From a virus (Duplodnaviria > Caudoviricetes), in IMG/VR virus record IMGVR_UViG_3300030330_003971, positions 1-38,381 of that record: DNA of 38,381 bases; one strand, given 5' to 3'. The notes beneath the pieces are model-generated. The model saw nothing but the letters and a program-made list of their open reading frames with translations, did not search any database and was not told the DNA's origin. Shown piece by piece: positions 33,896 through 38,381 of the stretch. Made by a program: the position numbers and the translations under genes. Position 1 is the stretch's first letter, and each line of letters opens with the position of its first letter.

Positions 33896-35011
33896 ATGAA
33901 ACTTTTAATGGAAAACTGGCGTTCCTATCTTGAGGAATTAACAGAAGAAGATATATCTAAAATACAAAATAATATTTTTATTTTTGAAAACAATAAACCA
34001 CAAGAGTATAATTTTGATATTCTTATAGAAAGATATGATCAAAAAGAAATTACGGTTGAACAGGTTTATCAAATATGGGAAAAATCTATTGTATATGAAA
34101 TGCAACAACTTACTATTTTGGAAGAAGGGGTATTAGATTGGACTAAACAAAAACTTGCCGCGGCCTCAGATAATGTAAAAAAACAATGGGCTGCTAGCTT
34201 AAAAGCATTAGTGAGAAAAGCGGCCAATTTTATTATTAAAATTTTAAAACAGGCCATGGCATTTGCTGCTAAATTTTTCAACAAATTAAAAGGCTCCTAT
34301 GATGAAATAGGTCGAGGTGGATATTTAGCAGCTATGAACTTAGCAAGAAAACTTATAAGAGGTGGACTTAAGGTGGCAAAAGTTTTAGGTCCTTTTGTAG
34401 TTGTTGTTGGTTGTGTTATGGTTGTTTCTATTGCGTTTGGAGGAACTGCACATGCAGCAGCTAGCGGTATGCCGCCAGACCCTGAGTTAACACAGGTAGC
34501 CTCAGAAATATTATTTGAATCATTTCAAGCTTTAGGTGGTATTGAAGCGTTAGAAGCAGACACAATTGAATCTTATAGCAACATTGTTACTCTTGATGGT
34601 GAAGTTGTGAGAACTGCTAGTGAGATTTCCGCGGACATGGGAATGAACGAAGCAAATAGACAAATTGACGCACTAAAAACTATCACTGATGCTCTCCATC
34701 AAAAAGTAAGAGTTGACGGAAAACAGCTTAATTTGCAAGAAATTATGGAATATTATAACAATGCCGATGTAAATGAGAGAATTGAATTAGCATTAGAAGC
34801 CTCACGTGATTTAAAGATTTTAGATCCAGAGGCATACCAAGAACTTTTACAAACTTCACAAAATAATCCACTAGATATCGAATGGTATGGGAAAGTTCAA
34901 GCTGATCTTTCATCTACACAGTCTGTGAGTAGTGTTGACGGAAATATTAGTGGTGCTGCAACATATACCAACAAGCTAAAATCAACTGGTATTGATGTTC
35001 CAACCAGGTAA
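33896..35011 (+). CDS. Protein with MKLLMENWR leader and an internal amphipathic/TM segment
   Basis: Leader; ILEEG site; VLGPFVVVVGCVMVVSIAFGGTAHA. Confidence 0.8.
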   Translation: MKLLMENWRSYLEELTEEDISKIQNNIFIFENNKPQEYNFDILIERYDQKEITVEQVYQIWEKSIVYEMQQLTILEEGVLDWTKQKLAAASDNVKKQWAASLKALVRKAANFIIKILKQAMAFAAKFFNKLKGSYDEIGRGGYLAAMNLARKLIRGGLKVAKVLGPFVVVVGCVMVVSIAFGGTAHAAASGMPPDPELTQVASEILFESFQALGGIEALEADTIESYSNIVTLDGEVVRTASEISADMGMNEANRQIDALKTITDALHQKVRVDGKQLNLQEIMEYYNNADVNERIELALEASRDLKILDPEAYQELLQTSQNNPLDIEWYGKVQADLSSTQSVSSVDGNISGAATYTNKLKSTGIDVPTR

Positions 35012-35017
35012 AACAAC

Positions 35018-35626
35018 ATGAAGCACTTACTTGAAAATTGGCGCAATTATGTTATACTTGAGAACATTGAAACGGCAACTCGTTTGTCAGTTTTTGATTT
35101 TGATGAAACAATAGCTTTTTCTGAAGGTCATATTAATGCCATTGACAAACGAACTGGTCAAGAGTTCAAAATTCGTACACAAAAAAAGTATGACCAATTA
35201 AAAGCCGATGGTAATTATGAATTTGATTTCTCGCCACTCGACCAAGTACACAATGCAGTTGAAAACCCCAATGTTACATCAATCTTAAGAGATCGATTAG
35301 CAGACCCTAATACACAAGTAATGGTTTTAACTGCTAGGGCTCCTATTTCAATTGATGATATTCACAGAGTTCTGCAAACATTTGATAACCCTATCGAGAC
35401 CAAAGATATTATTATGATTGGAAACGAGGGTGGTAATAAAGGTGAATACATTAGAGATGTTATCCTTTCAAAGTATGATAACATTAAAGAAATAGAGTTT
35501 TATGATGATTCTGAAAATAATATTGTTGACATGAAAGCAGTAAAAAACGAAACATCTGAAACAGGTCGCATAGAAAACTTTGACATTTATAAAGTGGTCG
35601 AAGGAATTCCTGAGAAAGTACCTTGA
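35018..35626 (+). CDS. HAD-superfamily phosphatase with MKHLLENWR leader
   Basis: FDFDET, LTAR, K, FYDDS motifs I-IV. Confidence 0.85.
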   Translation: MKHLLENWRNYVILENIETATRLSVFDFDETIAFSEGHINAIDKRTGQEFKIRTQKKYDQLKADGNYEFDFSPLDQVHNAVENPNVTSILRDRLADPNTQVMVLTARAPISIDDIHRVLQTFDNPIETKDIIMIGNEGGNKGEYIRDVILSKYDNIKEIEFYDDSENNIVDMKAVKNETSETGRIENFDIYKVVEGIPEKVP

Positions 35627-35656
35627 AACAACTAATTATATCGTGGAGGCTCTACG

Positions 35657-35980
35657 ATGTCTAACAATAACGGTTGGGAAACTTATTCTAAATTAGTTCT
35701 ACAGCAGCTTGAAACCATGTCAAATGGAATTGAGGCTTTGCGCACTGAGCTTCAAGATATGAAGAGTCAGTTAACTGAGCTAAAAGCCCGTGAAGATAGA
35801 GTTCAAGATATCAAGATCTGGAAAGAAAAAATGGATGATGTTGCATCACCACCACAACTCAAAACAGCAATGGAAGATATTGAACAACTTAAAGAATTTA
35901 AAACAAAAGCTGTAACCATGTTCATGGTTGTGCAATCAATTATGGGCATTGCCATGGCATGGGCGCTGGATATTTTTTAA
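35657..35980 (+). CDS. Coiled-coil protein with C-terminal TM helix
   Basis: TAATTA + GGAGG upstream; heptads; hydrophobic tail. Confidence 0.75.
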   Translation: MSNNNGWETYSKLVLQQLETMSNGIEALRTELQDMKSQLTELKAREDRVQDIKIWKEKMDDVASPPQLKTAMEDIEQLKEFKTKAVTMFMVVQSIMGIAMAWALDIF

Positions 35981-36073
35981 TAAATAAATAAAAGTTATTT
36001 ATTATACCAAAGCTAAAACGTACCATATTTGTCTCGGGGATATTTTTTAGGTTAACTCACATGTAGTTACTGT

Positions 36074-36364
36074 ATGGCTACTAAAAAACAATTAACTGAA
36101 AAGATTAAATTAATCACCAAACAAATCTCTGGTCAAGCTGACGAAGATGATGATGAAATAGTTGCGTATTATCATATTAAGGGCAGTGGTTACGGGTTTT
36201 TTCTTAGCTACATTGATAGAACATTCGTTAAAGTGGCGCGGCAAAGTGAAGTCTATATTGTCTCAGAAAATTTTGATATCCCTGGTCGTCACTTAGTTTA
36301 CACATATTCGCATGAATTAATTATAATTGACGAAGAAGAGTTAGAATATATTGGCTATAATTAA
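36074..36364 (+). CDS. Hypothetical protein
   Basis: TAGTTA-N4-ATG. Confidence 0.75.
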   Translation: MATKKQLTEKIKLITKQISGQADEDDDEIVAYYHIKGSGYGFFLSYIDRTFVKVARQSEVYIVSENFDIPGRHLVYTYSHELIIIDEEELEYIGYN

Positions 36365-36495
36365 TGTTATTTTCTTTTAATCCTTTCTGGAAATCACTCT
36401 TGATATTATTGTTTTCATGGCTAATATATGCTATATGGGGTTATGAATTTGCAATTATTACATTATTAGCTTTAATTTTAGCTAAAAACACCTAA
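36364..36495 (+). CDS. Small two-TM peptide (43 aa, not in the ORF track)
   Basis: TAATG coupling; MLFSFNPFWKSLLILLFSWLIYAIWGYEFAIITLLALILAKNT. Confidence 0.65.
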   Translation: MLFSFNPFWKSLLILLFSWLIYAIWGYEFAIITLLALILAKNT

Positions 36496-36516
36496 TATTA
36501 CCCTATTTATGTCAAG

Positions 36517-36729
36517 ATGGGCAAAAATAAAAGGAAATATTATGTTTCTGAACACGGAAGTGTGCGCAAACTAAACCAAAAAGCATTTCTTGTATATTGG
36601 AATGACAGCAGCAAACGAAAGCATTCAACTTCTTCTGGGCCGTATTCAGACTTTAAGGAAGCAGAAAAAATTATGATTAGTCACCTAATTAATGGAGTTT
36701 GTTCATGGATAGTATCTTACAATGGATGA
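36517..36729 (+). CDS. Hypothetical protein
   Basis: TATTTA-N7-ATG. Confidence 0.65.
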   Translation: MGKNKRKYYVSEHGSVRKLNQKAFLVYWNDSSKRKHSTSSGPYSDFKEAEKIMISHLINGVCSWIVSYNG

Positions 36730-36985
36730 AAAAAGCGCTTTTGGTGAACTACATTCTAAAAATTTTACTGTTGGTGATATAGTAGAATGGTCTTCTTGGG
36801 ATACATTTAAGGAAGCTTGGGTGCAAAATTACGGTGTAATTACAGAAATCAAAAATGAAATGAGACACAATAGATTAGTATGTATCTCTAAAGTGCTGCC
36901 GGTAAATTCAAATACAGAAATGGAACATTTCACAATGAGTTTAAGATTAGTATCTAAATCAAAGGACATTGAGGGTGATAGTTGA
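36722..36985 (+). CDS. KOW/SH3-like small protein
   Basis: FTVGDIVEW..YGVI..LRLVSK. Confidence 0.75.
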   Translation: MDEKSAFGELHSKNFTVGDIVEWSSWDTFKEAWVQNYGVITEIKNEMRHNRLVCISKVLPVNSNTEMEHFTMSLRLVSKSKDIEGDS

Positions 36986-37310
36986 CCATATTGCCATTAA
37001 AGTATCGAATTTAAAGACAGCTGAAAAATGGTACTTAAATAATTTAAATGCAAAAGTAACTTTTAGAGATGAAAAATACATTAGACTAAAAGTTAACAAT
37101 ACCAATATTGCGTTGATAGATGAGGCACACTATCCTTATGCGCACACGGGTTTTTTAGTTGAGTCATATAATGATTTACCGTTTGATAAAGGTGAAGTTG
37201 TAAAACATCGTGATGGAACTGTGGGAGTTTATGTAAAAGACCCATTTGGCAACTATTTAGAGTATATCTGGTATTCTCCCGAAGCTCGCAAGGTTTTTTT
37301 AAATGATTGA
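36969..37310 (+). CDS. VOC/glyoxalase-family protein
   Basis: DHIAIKV..AEKWY..HTGF..YVKDPFGNYLE. Confidence 0.85.
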   Translation: MRVIVDHIAIKVSNLKTAEKWYLNNLNAKVTFRDEKYIRLKVNNTNIALIDEAHYPYAHTGFLVESYNDLPFDKGEVVKHRDGTVGVYVKDPFGNYLEYIWYSPEARKVFLND

Positions 37311-38298
37311 AATAATTTCACCAATGATAAAACAATTTTTACCATTTGCACAAAAACGAATGGGATTTTCTCAACCGCCTAAATTATTTTTACGCGGAGA
37401 TGATAAAAATGCTCAAAATCCATTGGGTAAGACTGCCTACTATGATCCAGGACAAAAAAGTATTACTGTATACGTTACTGGTAGACACCCGAAAGATGTG
37501 ATGCGTTCTATTTCGCATGAATTAGTACACCATGCACAAAATTGTCGTGGAGAATTTGATAAACCACACCAAATGGGTGATGGTTACGCTCAAAATGATA
37601 AGCATATGCGTGAAATGGAACGTCAAGCTTATGAAATTGGAAATATGTGCTTCCGAGATTGGGAGGACGGACTAAAAAACACTATTTATTTAGAACATCT
37701 ACAAAAAGGAGATAAAAAGATGTCAACAAAAGATTGGAAAAACAAAGAAATAGGCCAGCTTCTTTCAGAAGCATGGGGCTTTAAATTTAATTCATTAGAA
37801 GAGTTTAATGAGTTTAACGGTGAAGGTGAACTTCAAGCAGAAGCTGAAGAAGAAATTGATGAAGGCCGCGGCAAGAAAAAGAAAATGGAAGAGGGTGACG
37901 AAGAACTCGAAGAAGGTTCCATGACACCACACAAAGCTAATGCCAGAAGGACACCTCGGGGTGTAGGTTCTGCAGATGCAAGACGCAGCGGCAGCGCAGA
38001 CAAGGATGACGATGAACCTAAAGAAATGAAAGAAGAAGAAGAACTTGAAGAAGGCGGCGCAGCACAACGTAAAGGCGATCCCAGAGTTCGACGTCAAGAT
38101 GCTGACAGACTTCGCGAAGAAGAAGAAATCGATGAAGCAAAGAAAGGCAAGTATGATGATGGTGACGGCAAAGATGAAAAGTGTGATCACGTTCCTTGTG
38201 AAGATCAAGACAAAAAAGGTAAAAAGCCAACCAAGGAACAAATTGAAGCACTCGTAAAGAAAGCTTTACAAGAGGCACTGCAAAAACGCAAAGGATAA
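37303..38298 (+). CDS. HExxH metallopeptidase-like domain fused to an acidic low-complexity tail
   Basis: RSISHELVHHAQ..EMERQAYE; repeated LEE/IDE segments; internal SD+ATG at 37720. Confidence 0.8.
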   Translation: MIEIISPMIKQFLPFAQKRMGFSQPPKLFLRGDDKNAQNPLGKTAYYDPGQKSITVYVTGRHPKDVMRSISHELVHHAQNCRGEFDKPHQMGDGYAQNDKHMREMERQAYEIGNMCFRDWEDGLKNTIYLEHLQKGDKKMSTKDWKNKEIGQLLSEAWGFKFNSLEEFNEFNGEGELQAEAEEEIDEGRGKKKKMEEGDEELEEGSMTPHKANARRTPRGVGSADARRSGSADKDDDEPKEMKEEEELEEGGAAQRKGDPRVRRQDADRLREEEEIDEAKKGKYDDGDGKDEKCDHVPCEDQDKKGKKPTKEQIEALVKKALQEALQKRKG

Positions 38299-38381
38299 TG
38301 GTAATATGACAGGGGAATATAAAAGTTGAGCTTAAAAAGCTTAGGAACAGATTTATAAAGAGCCTGTTATTAACGACAATA

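Noticed and set aside
35657-36495. Lysis cassette (holin-like TM proteins)
   Set aside because: No endolysin or spanin recognisable nearby; TM segments alone are insufficient
233-38278. Minus-strand ORFs in the track (e.g. 20086-20694, 21440-22009, 26804-27280, 37795-38241)
   Set aside because: All but two are antisense shadows of + strand genes or tRNAs; the two in the boundary region (24441, 24920) show no recognisable motifs
1-38381. Stop-codon reassignment as in some jumbo phages
   Set aside because: TAA, TAG and TGA all end genes at tight junctions, coding density is high in code 11, and no suppressor tRNA is present

Overview
Segment of a large lytic dsDNA (jumbo-like) bacteriophage genome. 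All credible genes are on the + strand, the standard code is used, and no capsid, terminase or polymerase gene lies in the window. There are three zones. (1) 1-7150 and 25100-38381: AT-rich, late-type genes, including two trypsin-like proteases, a Pol-beta-type nucleotidyltransferase, Nudix, HAD phosphatase, TlpA thioredoxin lipoprotein, VOC protein, a HExxH protein, a tail-fibre-like protein and Cys/Lys-rich modules. Many follow a TAnTTA motif sitting 4 nt before the start codon (apparently leaderless), and many carry MKLLxENWR / 'QLxQIIxEEL' leaders resembling capsid-targeting signals. (2) 7770-23950: a host-takeover-like island of about 55 small genes, five tRNAs for A-ending AU-rich codons (including both Ile2-CAU and Ile-UAU) and a MoxR ATPase/vWA-metallopeptidase pair. 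It is driven by 15 copies of one rigid promoter module (TTGACA-N5-TTGACA-N9-[-35]-N17-TATATT) and filled with about 30 paralogous 'MKVGDLV' KOW/SH3-like mini-proteins chained by a stereotyped 14-nt overlap. It also holds an inverted-repeat-flanked structured RNA candidate at 16768-16916. (3) 23950-25100: a gene-poor boundary with phased repeats, promoter-less TGACA pairs and a GGGGGTACCCCC palindrome (candidate origin or terminus). Protein family calls rest on motifs read by eye; no database searches were run.
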